Positions 1 through 10,084 of a DNA stretch of 33,535 bases are shown here, piece by piece. Source of the DNA: a virus (Duplodnaviria > Caudoviricetes); the IMG/VR virus record IMGVR_UViG_3300011335_000264, positions 1 through 33,535 of that record. One strand, given 5' to 3'. The notes beneath the pieces are model-generated. The model was not told the DNA's origin. It saw only the letters and a program-made list of their open reading frames with translations, and did no database searches. The first letter of the stretch is position 1; every line of letters begins with the position of its first letter. The translations under genes were made by a program, and so were the position numbers.

Positions 1-41
1 AGTGCCATAATCTCTGCTTTGCGTTGTTTTGCCTGTCCCAT
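1..41 (-). CDS. 5' part of a small early protein (MGQAKQRKAEIMAL...), truncated by the window edge
   Basis: ATG at 41-39 with AGGAG RBS upstream, downstream of the sigma70 promoter at 75-103. Confidence 0.7.
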   Translation of the reverse strand, partial: MGQAKQRKAEIMA

Positions 42-74
42 TTGTAAACTCCTGTTTAGTGTGTGTAAGTGTAT

Positions 75-103
75 ATTATACTACCAAAGTCAATTTGTGT
101 CAA
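75..103 (-). promoter_or_regulatory. sigma70-type early promoter
   Basis: TTGACA-17 nt-TATAAT perfect consensus on the minus strand. Confidence 0.9.
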
Positions 104-250
104 TTAAGCAGGAAAAGGACTGCCAGTGCGTTTTGGAGCATTAGCCTTGACCAAAGCCTCCATAGCCTGTAATTTGGTAAGTTTGTAGTAGCGAACGCCT
201 AGTGCTTTAGCGGCTTGCTTGCGTTGCTGTTCAATTTGTGCTAGTGTCAT
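104..250 (-). CDS. small basic early protein (48 aa, MTLAQIEQQRK...)
   Basis: Start reassigned from 373 to the ATG at 250: GAGGAG RBS precedes it and a promoter lies at 286-314 inside the longer ORF. Confidence 0.7.
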   Translation of the reverse strand: MTLAQIEQQRKQAAKALGVRYYKLTKLQAMEALVKANAPKRTGSPFPA

Positions 251-285
251 TTTGAAACTCCTCGTTTCGTTGTTAGTAAGTGTAT

Positions 286-314
286 AGTATAACATCAAAA
301 CTAATTTACTCCAA
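286..314 (-). promoter_or_regulatory. sigma70-type early promoter (extended -10)
   Basis: TTGGAG-17-TATACT with TGn extension; shares downstream TATACACTTAC with the promoter at 75-103. Confidence 0.7.
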
Positions 315-466
315 TTAAAATATCCAGCCACTGCGACACCGCAAACGCAGGAAAAGTGTTGTGTTTTAGCCACATTTTCGTATTTCAGTCTAATTTACAC
401 GGTTCAGTGGTCTATATACTACTAGTGTTTTAATAGTACTAAAATATAGTCTAATACTTTAGTCGT

Positions 467-503
467 AAAAAAAGGTCCTAGAAGTATTCACCCAACTAGG
501 ACC
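467..503 (-). terminator. Rho-independent terminator ending the late region
   Basis: GGTCCTAG/CTAGGACC 8-bp stem followed by T7 on the minus strand. Confidence 0.8.
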
Positions 504-538
504 AAACAGTTTGCAGTAATTTTAACTAAAGGCAGTGA

Positions 539-1108
539 TTAAAAATCATCTACCTCTGTTTCCTCAGCCTCGGGCCAAGGATCCTTGAGAATGGCTCTAG
601 CCTCTCCCAATAACGAATCAACGTAAGCCGTGTCATCGCTGAAGTATTTAAGTTTTAAATCATCAAAGTATCCCATGGTATACAATCTTTCATTGTCCGT
701 TTGATTGTTATCACTGATGTTACCTCTGGTCCATAGCATGCCTTTTTGTGGTTTGATTCTCGGGGGTTTTAGATGACGCCAAACAGCAATGGTGGGTAAA
801 TTATAAATCCAACGATCCACTTCAACTATATCTTCTTGAGGAACATATAAAACAATCATCCAACCTTGACGAACTGCGTCATAGTAAACAACTTGATCTT
901 CTACCAAAGGGCATTCCCAAAGTTTAGTTGTAAAGACTGCTCTATTGTAGTTGTCTGGTTCGGGTGTAGGATAATCCGTGACTTCGCTGGCGCTTTTTTT
1001 CCAACCTATATGTCTAGCAATGGCTATTCTGGGATCAATAAAATCTTTCTTACCGTTGAACCCATAATTATAAGTCCAATAAACATGTCGTGGCGTATTT
1101 AATTGCAT
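539..1108 (-). CDS. hypothetical protein (189 aa)
   Basis: Intact ORF with a TAAATA element 4 nt before the ATG; no recognisable motif. Confidence 0.75.
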   Translation of the reverse strand: MQLNTPRHVYWTYNYGFNGKKDFIDPRIAIARHIGWKKSASEVTDYPTPEPDNYNRAVFTTKLWECPLVEDQVVYYDAVRQGWMIVLYVPQEDIVEVDRWIYNLPTIAVWRHLKPPRIKPQKGMLWTRGNISDNNQTDNERLYTMGYFDDLKLKYFSDDTAYVDSLLGEARAILKDPWPEAEETEVDDF

Positions 1109-1112
1109 ACCG

Positions 1113-1118
1113 TATTTA
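1113..1118 (-). promoter_or_regulatory. TAAATA late-type promoter element
   Basis: gtTAAATAcggtATG; motif recurs in most intergenic gaps. Confidence 0.55.
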
Positions 1119-1146
1119 ACTGCTGTTATCTAGACTTATTTGCTGT

Positions 1147-1422
1147 TTAGTATTTGGTAATTAAATATCCAATAACACCTACAACAGCAACAACAACACT
1201 GCCTATAGTTGTTATTAAAGTAGTGTGCCTTGTTGTATTTTGATGTTCAATAAGAATTTTAATTTCTGTAAAACCATTTTGTGTTTGAGTTTTAAGATCA
1301 GTTAGTGTGTCTTCTACTTTGTCAAGTCGTTTTTCTAAGTTGGTCATTTTCTCTTCAATTCCTTTGAATCGTAGCGCACATATTTCTACATGCGCTGCCA
1401 AATTTGTTTCTTCTTGACTCAT
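1147..1422 (-). CDS. coiled-coil protein with C-terminal transmembrane helix, possible holin-like membrane protein
   Basis: Heptad-rich N-terminus, hydrophobic C-terminus (TLITTIGSVVVAVVGVIGYLI), located after the fibre genes. Confidence 0.55.
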   Translation of the reverse strand: MSQEETNLAAHVEICALRFKGIEEKMTNLEKRLDKVEDTLTDLKTQTQNGFTEIKILIEHQNTTRHTTLITTIGSVVVAVVGVIGYLITKY

Positions 1423-1423
1423 G

Positions 1424-3217
1424 TTATGCTCCTATGGGCACCACTGTTAGAATAACACTGGGGATAGCAGGCACTACACCTGCGGCAGCAACATAGTCTA
1501 ATAACACATTGGTATCATCAGCCGCCCAAGCAAGTTCATAATAATCTCCTGCTGCCGCTGAAAACACATAGTTCCATGCTGCCATAATTCTATCACCGTT
1601 GCCAGCAATTCTGGTATCACCTGCTGTATTGGCTACATTGGCACCATTCTTCTTTAACCAAATAAATGCGTTGTGTGCTCCACCTGTTGTTTGATTTAAC
1701 TGTGCTGAGAATTGTAAGTTATATACACCTGCATTGGCAAAAGTAATACGAGTAAGTGTTGTTCCGTTAGTGACAATACTGATGCCGTTTGAGATACCTG
1801 TGTTATTAAATGACATTAGATTTTCAGCATTGGCAACTGGATTGGTTTGATCCTGTGTGCTGTATGCTTCAATGTATTGACGGCCATATGTAATGTTGCC
1901 GCTGGGAAGAGCAGTAGTGCCATCAAAACTGTTTAAGTCAATAGTAGAAGCGTTTAATGTTAATAAATCTGGACTACCAACAATAACACTAGAACCAGTA
2001 ATAGCACCTATTTTATTTGCGGAAAAAACAAATTGAGTGCCTTGTGCGGATGTGGTCCAAGTTTCTGTAGCATTGGCTGTAATACTAGCACCAGGACCTG
2101 TTGTTCCACCTGGACTAGCACCAGTTAATGCGTTACCATTAAATTTGAATTGTCCAATAACATCGCCATTTTGTGTTGGGCTATAAGTTCCGCCTGTGCT
2201 TCTATTAGTGTTAAAATTAATAAGAGCATATTCAGTAGCACTAGTAGCATCCTGTTTGCTTACGCTAAAGGTTGTTTTACCAGTGCCATCATCTGCCAAT
2301 GATCCCATAGTAGTGCTATTAGTTTTACCTTTAGTCCAAAAATACGAGTCACTTCTTGAAGTAAATGTCTGTGGATTTGCACTTATAGTAGTTTGAATAC
2401 TGCTAGTAGTTAATACTGTAGCAGTGGGTTGGGTTAATATTTGAAGTGTTGATCCAACATTATTAATAGCATTACTATATGCTTCTGCGGCTACCATTCT
2501 AATAATAGCAGGTGAAACAGCCACTTGATCCGTGACCCAACCAGCACTTGTATAGCCACTGCCTTGTATTTCAAATAAATTATTAGTGGCTGATAAATTG
2601 CTTGGACTGGCTGCTGTGCCTCTAGCCGCTTCCATTAAGATTAAATTACGAGGATTTCCGCCTGCTAAACTTCCACCATAATTTCGCATTACTACAGCAG
2701 TTCTACTTGAAACTTTGTCTGTGTTATCTATACTAACACCAACTGATCCAATGCCTCCAGTTACTTCAAATATATTACCATTTGCTTCTGCAGTGCTTGA
2801 TCGTATCGCACCTTTGACAATATTACCAGGAAAGTCCACGTTTGGTTTATTACTAGTAATTGGTACTAATGTCATAGCAATATCACCTAATGGGAACGCA
2901 CTACCGCCACTACTACGAATTGTATTGCCATTAACAGTAAGTTCACCATTAACTTTAACGTTTACATCATCAAATGTAAGTGCGGTTGAACCAGTGCTTG
3001 ATTGAATATCATTGCCAGATACTTTTATATCACCTGCAAAAGTAGTTAATGTATTGCTTGTTATAGTGATATTAGAAAAACCATTACTGGCTTTAATATC
3101 GCCACCACCTAATTGAATATCACCAGTGGTAACAATGTCACCTGTTGTAGCATCTATTGTGACTGCGGTGTCGCCTACTGCGAGACCAAATTTTACTTTA
3201 AATTTTTCGTTTGACAT
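1424..3217 (-). CDS. tail fibre / receptor-binding protein (597 aa)
   Basis: T/G/N/S-rich beta repeats (GDIxxxGxDI); N-terminal FKVKFGL; C-terminal C1q/BclA-like head (ITFANAGVYNLQFSAQL...GDYYELAW). Confidence 0.8.
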   Translation of the reverse strand: MSNEKFKVKFGLAVGDTAVTIDATTGDIVTTGDIQLGGGDIKASNGFSNITITSNTLTTFAGDIKVSGNDIQSSTGSTALTFDDVNVKVNGELTVNGNTIRSSGGSAFPLGDIAMTLVPITSNKPNVDFPGNIVKGAIRSSTAEANGNIFEVTGGIGSVGVSIDNTDKVSSRTAVVMRNYGGSLAGGNPRNLILMEAARGTAASPSNLSATNNLFEIQGSGYTSAGWVTDQVAVSPAIIRMVAAEAYSNAINNVGSTLQILTQPTATVLTTSSIQTTISANPQTFTSRSDSYFWTKGKTNSTTMGSLADDGTGKTTFSVSKQDATSATEYALINFNTNRSTGGTYSPTQNGDVIGQFKFNGNALTGASPGGTTGPGASITANATETWTTSAQGTQFVFSANKIGAITGSSVIVGSPDLLTLNASTIDLNSFDGTTALPSGNITYGRQYIEAYSTQDQTNPVANAENLMSFNNTGISNGISIVTNGTTLTRITFANAGVYNLQFSAQLNQTTGGAHNAFIWLKKNGANVANTAGDTRIAGNGDRIMAAWNYVFSAAAGDYYELAWAADDTNVLLDYVAAAGVVPAIPSVILTVVPIGA

Positions 3218-3231
3218 AATTCACACAATCC

Positions 3232-5421
3232 TTATGTTAGTGAAGTTCTTACTACACTGAATACCGTACTTGTTGCACTTGTTGGAGTGACTAATAATCT
3301 TAATGCACCAGCACTAACATCTGCAGTAAAATTTCCCAATACTATATTGTTATACATTTCACCGTATGTTGTTAGCATTGCTGTAGTTGCATCAACTCGC
3401 AACGCTGTATAATTTAAACAATGAACGTTGGCACCTTGAATAATGTTAATTAATCCTGACATTGCGTTTCTTGTTGAAGTGTTTAATGCCACAGTAGTAA
3501 TTGCAGTTGTTGTTAATGTTGATGTATCTAAACTTGCTTGTCCGTCAATTGAAACATTACTGAATGTTGGACTATCAGTTATATCTAAATTTTGATTTGG
3601 TAAGTTAAAATAGTTAGTGCCATCAATAGTATCTTGCCATCTCTTAGTTGTGTCATTCCATCTAAAGTTAGCATCAACACCAGCACTAACACCTGCTTTA
3701 ACTATTAAATTACAAGTACCTGCGGGACTTATATTTTCATTGTTATAATAAATGTTGTTGCCGTTGGTGGCTAATGCAACACCACCAATGGCTACATCAT
3801 CTGCATATAAATTACTAGTGGCTCTCCAGAAATCATATGTTTCATCCCATTTAAGGAATTGATTAGCACCAGTTGTGCCACGCTCAACTTCAATGCCTGC
3901 TAGTCCAGTAAAAGGTATACCTGTGTTTGTTGCGTTGAATAATAACGTAGTAGCAAGTATATCTACACTGGCACTAGTAGCAGAAACCAAGCGTTGTGAG
4001 CCATTAAAGAAATACAATGATAAACCAGTGCCATTTGTTAATGCTACTGCGCTACCACCTAAAGTTAAACTAACTTGACATTGAGTAGTTGTAAAGCCTG
4101 CGGCAATAACATAATAGGTAGTATTAATTGTAAGTCCATTTTGTGTTGGACCTGCATAAAATAATGTATCTCCTACGGCAAAACCATGTACTGTTGGAAA
4201 TACCAGTGTATTGCTGGTAATAATGCTTGTGGCTTGATCATTGATAAAACCATTTGTGCTGGTAGTTAATCTAATTTCATGATCGCCTGATGCGTTGTAT
4301 GCTGTGGATAAACTACCAATTGAGTTTAATGCTTGTGCATTACTTTGAACACCCATTAATAAACTACCACCATCACCAGTTGTATAATTTACTGCACCAG
4401 TATTATTACTAACTTGTGCGCCAGAACCTGTTCTACCATATACACCAGTGTTTTGTTGGAAGTTAGGACGATAAGTTGTACTAGCAAAGTTAACGGTGCT
4501 ACTATTTGTAATAGTTGGAGTTGCATCATCACTGACATACAATAACTGTCCTTGATGCACTGGAGTTGTTAAATTAACTAAAACACCTTCAGTAGATATA
4601 GTTCCAGCAATAATAGCATTACCTGCTGTTTCCAAAAGTGGCGATTTAATATAAACTCTGCCACTGCTAATATTACCAATGTTAACTTCTGTAACTACAC
4701 TATTACCAATATTGATAGTGCCAATGGCATTACTGTTATATAAGTTGGCAATACCGCCAGAACCTACGTTAGTAGTAATGTCGCCACCATTTACTGCTAT
4801 GTCTCCGTTGGTAGTAATATTGCCAGTTGTATCATCAATAGTTACAGTGGAGTTTTGTATTAGTTTACCAGTAGTGCCATCAAATCTAACAATAGCGTTA
4901 TCTGTGGCACTTGCTGGACCTGTGACATCACCTGTGCCAAATCCTGTGGCAGTTATAGTCACTGCGCCTGTTGCGCCACTAATTGATATATTTGAACCAG
5001 CAACAATACTGGTCACGCCTGTATTACTAACAATAACTGCACCAGTTATTGGACTTACTGTTATACCTGCACCACTGCCACTTACGCTGTTAACAAGTCC
5101 TAGTGTGCTGGGTGTTGTCCATGATGTTGTGCCCGCACCATTTGTAGTCAATACTTGTCCTGTTGTGCCTAAGGCATTGGCCAGTGTATAATAGTTATTA
5201 CTTAAATTGCCTGTGGCTTTAACATTGGCAAATTGAACATTACTTGAAGTACTGACATCTTGTCCAATGCTGACAACAACATTACCTGTTATTGGATTTA
5301 CTGTTACACCTAAGCCGCCGTTTACGCTGTATACACTACTATTGACTACACCAGCAGTAAAAGTTGTGGTGTTGCTGTATAGACTTGTAAGATTGTTGCT
5401 GGATACTGTTCCTGTTGTCAT
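3232..5421 (-). CDS. tail fibre protein (729 aa)
   Basis: Fibre motifs GTTGQVLTTNGAG, GVTSIVAGSNI, GDVTGPASATDNAIVRFDGTTGKLIQNS, AGIEVERG; follows the adaptor gene. Confidence 0.85.
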   Translation of the reverse strand: MTTGTVSSNNLTSLYSNTTTFTAGVVNSSVYSVNGGLGVTVNPITGNVVVSIGQDVSTSSNVQFANVKATGNLSNNYYTLANALGTTGQVLTTNGAGTTSWTTPSTLGLVNSVSGSGAGITVSPITGAVIVSNTGVTSIVAGSNISISGATGAVTITATGFGTGDVTGPASATDNAIVRFDGTTGKLIQNSTVTIDDTTGNITTNGDIAVNGGDITTNVGSGGIANLYNSNAIGTINIGNSVVTEVNIGNISSGRVYIKSPLLETAGNAIIAGTISTEGVLVNLTTPVHQGQLLYVSDDATPTITNSSTVNFASTTYRPNFQQNTGVYGRTGSGAQVSNNTGAVNYTTGDGGSLLMGVQSNAQALNSIGSLSTAYNASGDHEIRLTTSTNGFINDQATSIITSNTLVFPTVHGFAVGDTLFYAGPTQNGLTINTTYYVIAAGFTTTQCQVSLTLGGSAVALTNGTGLSLYFFNGSQRLVSATSASVDILATTLLFNATNTGIPFTGLAGIEVERGTTGANQFLKWDETYDFWRATSNLYADDVAIGGVALATNGNNIYYNNENISPAGTCNLIVKAGVSAGVDANFRWNDTTKRWQDTIDGTNYFNLPNQNLDITDSPTFSNVSIDGQASLDTSTLTTTAITTVALNTSTRNAMSGLINIIQGANVHCLNYTALRVDATTAMLTTYGEMYNNIVLGNFTADVSAGALRLLVTPTSATSTVFSVVRTSLT

Positions 5422-5430
5422 AATTGTTCC

Positions 5431-6633
5431 TTATCTAACATTATATTGGCGATAAATGCGAGGTTGCCATACTGAAGTCAACTTAGTATGACCTCCGCTC
5501 CATTTACCTAAATTATTTTGATCTTCAACAATATTATAAGCATTGTCATACTTTTGTGCATACACTTGTGCATCTTCAGTGTTGTGTCGTTTGATATAAT
5601 ATTCACGTAGTGTAGCATATACATAACCTTCTGCCCAAGTATTCAATACTGGATTAGTTTGAACTACTTGATTTGTCAGTGTAATATTAGTAACTGTGCC
5701 CGCTGTTGGAGTTGTTCCGCCTGTGGCAGTAAATGTAATGCCAGTGCTGCCAACTAGACTTGCTACTGCATATACACCTGCGCCGCCACCTAAACTACCT
5801 GAACCTGAGGTAGCAGTTATTTTATCACCAATTGTTAAACCAAGATTACTGACCATACCTGTGATACTGGCTGTCCAAGGGCCTGAACCTGAGATTGAAC
5901 CTACTGTACCTGTTGTGCTAATAACAACATCTTGAACTGGACTAAACAACAAAGGCCATGCTTTGTAGTAATACATATTGATAGCAGTTCCCTGTCCAAT
6001 CAATGGTAAGAATTGATATTTGTTATATACTTCACTGAACTTACCACGAATAACCTGTGGCACGTTATATGGTTGCATGTATAACTGTGCTAACATGCCT
6101 TGACTGATAATATCTCTATCACCAATTCTATCATAGACTAACCAAGGACCATTGCCTGTGCCCGAGGAGCCTGCAGGTGTTGAAAATGTTATTACACCGC
6201 TGACAGTAGTTGTATTGGCTAAACTTAGTCCAACTGTGCTACCGCCTGTGTAAGTAGTAACTGTTGCTCCTGTGGCAATACCTGTGCCTGTGACAATCAT
6301 ACCAGCGGACAAGTTTTGTCCAGGAGTTGATATTAATGTTATTACGTATTCACCAGTATTACCTGATGCTGTGGCAGTTGTTGTTATTTGATTACCCTGT
6401 CTAAAGAACACAATAGGTTTGTTCATATCACCAGGAATGGCAACACGACCCATTGAATCTGCTATGCCGATATTTTCTACTGCGTATGGATCACTGCGTA
6501 GTGCTGGCAATTCAATGTTACGCATACTGAGTTCCGCCATAAAGATACATTTCTTTATTTCATCATCGTTAGTTGAGCCTGTAAAATCTTTAATATACGT
6601 TACAAGTTCATTGGCTGAGGGTATTACAAACAT
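5431..6633 (-). CDS. head-tail adaptor protein with two inserted beta-rich domains
   Basis: Adaptor-like N-terminus (IFMAELSMR, RVAIPGDM) and C-terminus (YYYK...TNPVL...YVYATLRE); position after the capsid genes. Confidence 0.7.
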   Translation of the reverse strand: MFVIPSANELVTYIKDFTGSTNDDEIKKCIFMAELSMRNIELPALRSDPYAVENIGIADSMGRVAIPGDMNKPIVFFRQGNQITTTATASGNTGEYVITLISTPGQNLSAGMIVTGTGIATGATVTTYTGGSTVGLSLANTTTVSGVITFSTPAGSSGTGNGPWLVYDRIGDRDIISQGMLAQLYMQPYNVPQVIRGKFSEVYNKYQFLPLIGQGTAINMYYYKAWPLLFSPVQDVVISTTGTVGSISGSGPWTASITGMVSNLGLTIGDKITATSGSGSLGGGAGVYAVASLVGSTGITFTATGGTTPTAGTVTNITLTNQVVQTNPVLNTWAEGYVYATLREYYIKRHNTEDAQVYAQKYDNAYNIVEDQNNLGKWSGGHTKLTSVWQPRIYRQYNVR

Positions 6634-6636
6634 AAT

Positions 6637-7221
6637 TTATCGTCCTTGAAAGAATCTTTTTTGTCCCACTTTTGTAGGATATGGAACATCAACTGGTATT
6701 GGTAGTTTACCATGTGGATAGCAAACAAACTGAGGATATTCTGTTTCCACAACTTTATAAAATTGTGCTTTGAGCGAGCGATCATGTTTAAGTGTATGCC
6801 AAGGCAGGCCGCCAAAATATTCATCACTGATTTTAATAGCAACTACTTTAGGTAAATCTATCCACTTCCAACCAACTGTGCCATCAGGCATATATGGACC
6901 CAGTGGATCTGTAATACCTTTTTCAGCCATTATTCTGTAGTCTTTAACTGCTTCAATGACTGCTTGCATATTCATTTGTTCGCGTTGAATATAAAACTTG
7001 CCATCTTCACGGCCTGTGGTAACTTTAATATTACCACTTTTATTCCAATCACTGCGTGTCCAATCGCCTTTCATAGCGTTGTATAGTTTATCATTTTTTA
7101 ATAACTTATCTGCTACACCATTGTGATTGGTAATGGTGCCACCATGATCTTGACGCCAGTAATTTAAATTCTTTTCTGGGTCTGTGTCATCTAAATATTC
7201 GGGTTGATTTATATCGTTCAT
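6637..7221 (-). CDS. hypothetical protein following the major capsid gene (194 aa)
   Basis: Intact ORF with TATAAATA 5 nt before the ATG. Confidence 0.75.
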   Translation of the reverse strand: MNDINQPEYLDDTDPEKNLNYWRQDHGGTITNHNGVADKLLKNDKLYNAMKGDWTRSDWNKSGNIKVTTGREDGKFYIQREQMNMQAVIEAVKDYRIMAEKGITDPLGPYMPDGTVGWKWIDLPKVVAIKISDEYFGGLPWHTLKHDRSLKAQFYKVVETEYPQFVCYPHGKLPIPVDVPYPTKVGQKRFFQGR

Positions 7222-7226
7222 AGTAT

Positions 7227-7234
7227 TATTTATA
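7227..7234 (-). promoter_or_regulatory. TATAAATA late-type promoter
   Basis: Exact T4 late consensus directly after the capsid terminator. Confidence 0.7.
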
Positions 7235-7239
7235 CAAAC

Positions 7240-7263
7240 AAAAAGCGGCCTGAGCCGCTTTTT
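7240..7263. terminator. Rho-independent terminator after the major capsid gene (bidirectional shape)
   Basis: AAAAAGCGGC-CTGA-GCCGCTTTTT. Confidence 0.9.
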
Positions 7264-7284
7264 GTGTATTACTAAATCCTAATA

Positions 7285-8511
7285 TTAGGAAGTAGAACCA
7301 GGACCTGCGTTTACACGACGGACTAGGTTAGCACTACGTGGAGTAGTAACGATTGTAGTACCAGTAGTGATGTTGTTTAACATGCCAACGCCTGCTGGGT
7401 TACGACAAATAAGTGTCCCCTCCATCAAAAATTGATCTAAACTTGCATCTGCAGAACTGAATACTTCATTGTTAGGACCTAGGTCACGTAAACTGCCCCA
7501 TTGCAACACGTCCTCGTTTAAGAAGTAAATGCTGTTAGTTGTACCAGACTGGTCCATGATCCAAGAATCATAAACTTCGTATGTGTAACTGAAGTCACCT
7601 TCGTATGTTTGAATCGTGTCACCACGCTCAACGTTACGACGGTTTACGCTTGTGTTAGAACTAACAATGTTATCACTGATAGTTGTGCGTAGACTTGTAG
7701 GAACAACCATAGTGCGGATCTTAGCGTTGTAACGTTGTTCAGCAGTAGTTACCAATTGCTTGTATAATACTGGGCTGAATACTTGGTTAGCAAAACCAGA
7801 ACCATTTGCTGTGTAATAGTAATTACCATTAGCAACAACGTATAGTGCGTTAACACCACTTGGGCTACCACTCAATTGGCTCAATGTTGTAGAACTAGAG
7901 TCACTGCTTGGGTTGTTGTAGTTAGTTGTTAAACCTGCTTCAGTACCAGAAACGGTATTGAAAGACATAGTACCAGCATAACTTGCTAGTGAACCCATAC
8001 GACGACCAGATGTGTTCTGGCTACCTGCTGTAGTTTGGCTGTTACCAGTTGCACTACCGCTTTGACCTGAGTATTGTGTACCGATTTGGTCATTACGAAC
8101 TAATTGTTGTTCTACGTCAAACATCAATTCAATCAATTGCTTGACTTCTTGATATGCTTGTGGATCTCCACCAGACTGCATAACAGCACGAGCAGTACCC
8201 GTTGCGCCAATTGTAGTTTGGAAGATCTGTGTGAAGTTGTTTAAGTTGTAACGCTGATTTGCTTCTGCGTATGTAGAACTAACACTTGCACCTTCTTGAA
8301 CAGCATTAACTGCTGGCAAACGATAAATGTCGTCTGTCCATAAAGGTTGTGTGCTGTTAACTTTGCGCTTCTTGGACATACACATGTTCAAAACAGGTGT
8401 GTCGTCCTTAACGCGGTTGGACACATCTAGGTCCAAATCTTTAACAACAATATCGGTCGCAAAAGCCCCCGTACCGTTGCCAATGTTTGTAGTTGAAATA
8501 AATCCTGCCAT
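7285..8511 (-). CDS. major capsid protein (HK97 fold, SU10/DUF5309-like)
   Basis: WTDD...NAVQEGA, NFTQIFQ, AYQEVK..ELMFDVE, RRMG, EGTLICRNPAG motifs; follows scaffold, precedes a strong terminator. Confidence 0.9.
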   Translation of the reverse strand: MAGFISTTNIGNGTGAFATDIVVKDLDLDVSNRVKDDTPVLNMCMSKKRKVNSTQPLWTDDIYRLPAVNAVQEGASVSSTYAEANQRYNLNNFTQIFQTTIGATGTARAVMQSGGDPQAYQEVKQLIELMFDVEQQLVRNDQIGTQYSGQSGSATGNSQTTAGSQNTSGRRMGSLASYAGTMSFNTVSGTEAGLTTNYNNPSSDSSSTTLSQLSGSPSGVNALYVVANGNYYYTANGSGFANQVFSPVLYKQLVTTAEQRYNAKIRTMVVPTSLRTTISDNIVSSNTSVNRRNVERGDTIQTYEGDFSYTYEVYDSWIMDQSGTTNSIYFLNEDVLQWGSLRDLGPNNEVFSSADASLDQFLMEGTLICRNPAGVGMLNNITTGTTIVTTPRSANLVRRVNAGPGSTS

Positions 8512-8533
8512 TTTATATTTTCCTTAATAATGG

Positions 8534-9703
8534 TTATCTACCACCTCTGTTTGCACGAAGTCTACTGAGTTGTGCTACTAAGAGGTTATCCGCGGCTTTT
8601 TTATCGCCACGATTGGCTTGTTCACGAAGTTTTTCAATGTTATCATTTGGACCTTTGTTGGTGTTAGAACTACCTTTTCTGCTAGTCAACGCTGCCATAC
8701 TTGCTCCTGCTGATTTAGTGCTGGGTTTGTCTCTATATTTCAAACCATCGCGTACTAAACTTAACAATGCCTCATCGCTGGCGATAAGATCAATGTTTGG
8801 AATTCCAGGCACTATTTCACGTCTTGCTCCAGGGTAGACTTTTTCGATCTTCTCACGAAGTTCTTTGTATACATACTCGTTTTTTAATTCCTTATCTTGG
8901 AAGTTTTTACGAGCAGTAACTAAAGCCTCACCTACTTGCTGACTGCGAATTTGTTTGAACTCTTCAATAGCAGGCTGCAAACGATTAATGTTCTTTTGTT
9001 GCTGTCTAATGTACTGTTCATTCTGTGTCATATTTGCTTGGATACGGGCAATTTGCGCCGGATCTGTTGCTTGTGCCAACTGTTGTTGAAATGTATTTTG
9101 ATAACTTTGTGTTTTAACAATTTCATCAAATGCTTTTTTCAATTTAGGTTGAACTGTAAATTCCATTGCTAGAGTAAGTTGATCTTGGCGTGATTTAGAT
9201 TCATTGATGTATTCATCAAGTTCGGCTCGCTCCACTTTCAACTGTCTTGCTTCTTCGTGTATTGCTGATCCTTGACCAAGAATTGATGCGGCTTTCTTAG
9301 CGTCAATAACTACTTCTTTGCCATTCTTCATAAATTTGAATTTGGCGGTTGGGTTTGTTTCTGCAAACTCAACAAAGTCAATTAAATCATCTGCTGTAGA
9401 ATTACTACTGTCAGTGCTTACAGTTTCCTGGGCATCTGCTTCATAATTGTCGCTGTCGTGTTCTTCGTTGTTGGTATCACCAACTTCGGCTTCCTCATTG
9501 CTGGGTGCCACAGAGGCAGATTCATCTCCCGACATATCTACTCCTGTTGCAGTTTGATTGGGGTTAAGAGATTGATTACGCTGAGACTGTGATCTCATTG
9601 CGGTCATTTTATCTGCTATAACTTGATCCAAACTTGGGACTGCGCTTTGATCCGCGGCCGCCGGCGCTTGTGGCTGGTTAGGACTGATCGTTGTTGTTTC
9701 CAT
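8534..9703 (-). CDS. capsid scaffolding protein
   Basis: Acidic disordered N-terminus, KNGKEVVI motif, long coiled coil, basic C-terminus; between portal and capsid genes. Confidence 0.8.
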   Translation of the reverse strand: METTTISPNQPQAPAAADQSAVPSLDQVIADKMTAMRSQSQRNQSLNPNQTATGVDMSGDESASVAPSNEEAEVGDTNNEEHDSDNYEADAQETVSTDSSNSTADDLIDFVEFAETNPTAKFKFMKNGKEVVIDAKKAASILGQGSAIHEEARQLKVERAELDEYINESKSRQDQLTLAMEFTVQPKLKKAFDEIVKTQSYQNTFQQQLAQATDPAQIARIQANMTQNEQYIRQQQKNINRLQPAIEEFKQIRSQQVGEALVTARKNFQDKELKNEYVYKELREKIEKVYPGARREIVPGIPNIDLIASDEALLSLVRDGLKYRDKPSTKSAGASMAALTSRKGSSNTNKGPNDNIEKLREQANRGDKKAADNLLVAQLSRLRANRGGR

Positions 9704-9715
9704 TTCTATTTCCTT

Positions 9716-10057
9716 TTAAGTATTGGGCACTTCGTTAGTGTTACCGATACGGTTTTTTAAGTAAACAGCCCTTTTAAGGCTACTTACAAAACTATCAATA
9801 CCTGCTAGTTCATTGCTAATAGCAATTCTGCGGGCATTGTCATCTGGCGTATGTGTTCTAATGGATGCAATTTCATCCGCCAAACTAAATTTAAAATGAT
9901 GAACAAACATGGCTAAATCTTTGTTCTTCAATAATGCTTCAGCAGTACTACCATAATGTCTAACTTGGTCTCTTTGACTTGTTGTTAGTTTACTGGGTTG
10001 ACTTATGTCAAGTGTCAGTCTGCTGTTGTAAAATTCTATTGTATCGTCGTTTATCAT
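9716..10057 (-). CDS. small helical protein between portal and scaffold
   Basis: Intact 113-aa ORF in a position typical of podovirus head modules. Confidence 0.7.
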   Translation of the reverse strand: MINDDTIEFYNSRLTLDISQPSKLTTSQRDQVRHYGSTAEALLKNKDLAMFVHHFKFSLADEIASIRTHTPDDNARRIAISNELAGIDSFVSSLKRAVYLKNRIGNTNEVPNT

Positions 10058-10074
10058 ATTCTATTCTATATTGT

Positions 10075-10080
10075 TATTTA
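10075..10080 (-). promoter_or_regulatory. TAAATA late-type promoter element (scaffold/capsid operon)
   Basis: acTAAATA in the 27-nt gap after the portal gene. Confidence 0.6.
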
Positions 10081-10084
10081 GTAT

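Noticed and set aside
251-373. N-terminal extension of the 89-aa ORF
   Set aside because: Spans a sigma70 promoter; the strong RBS points to the ATG at 250.
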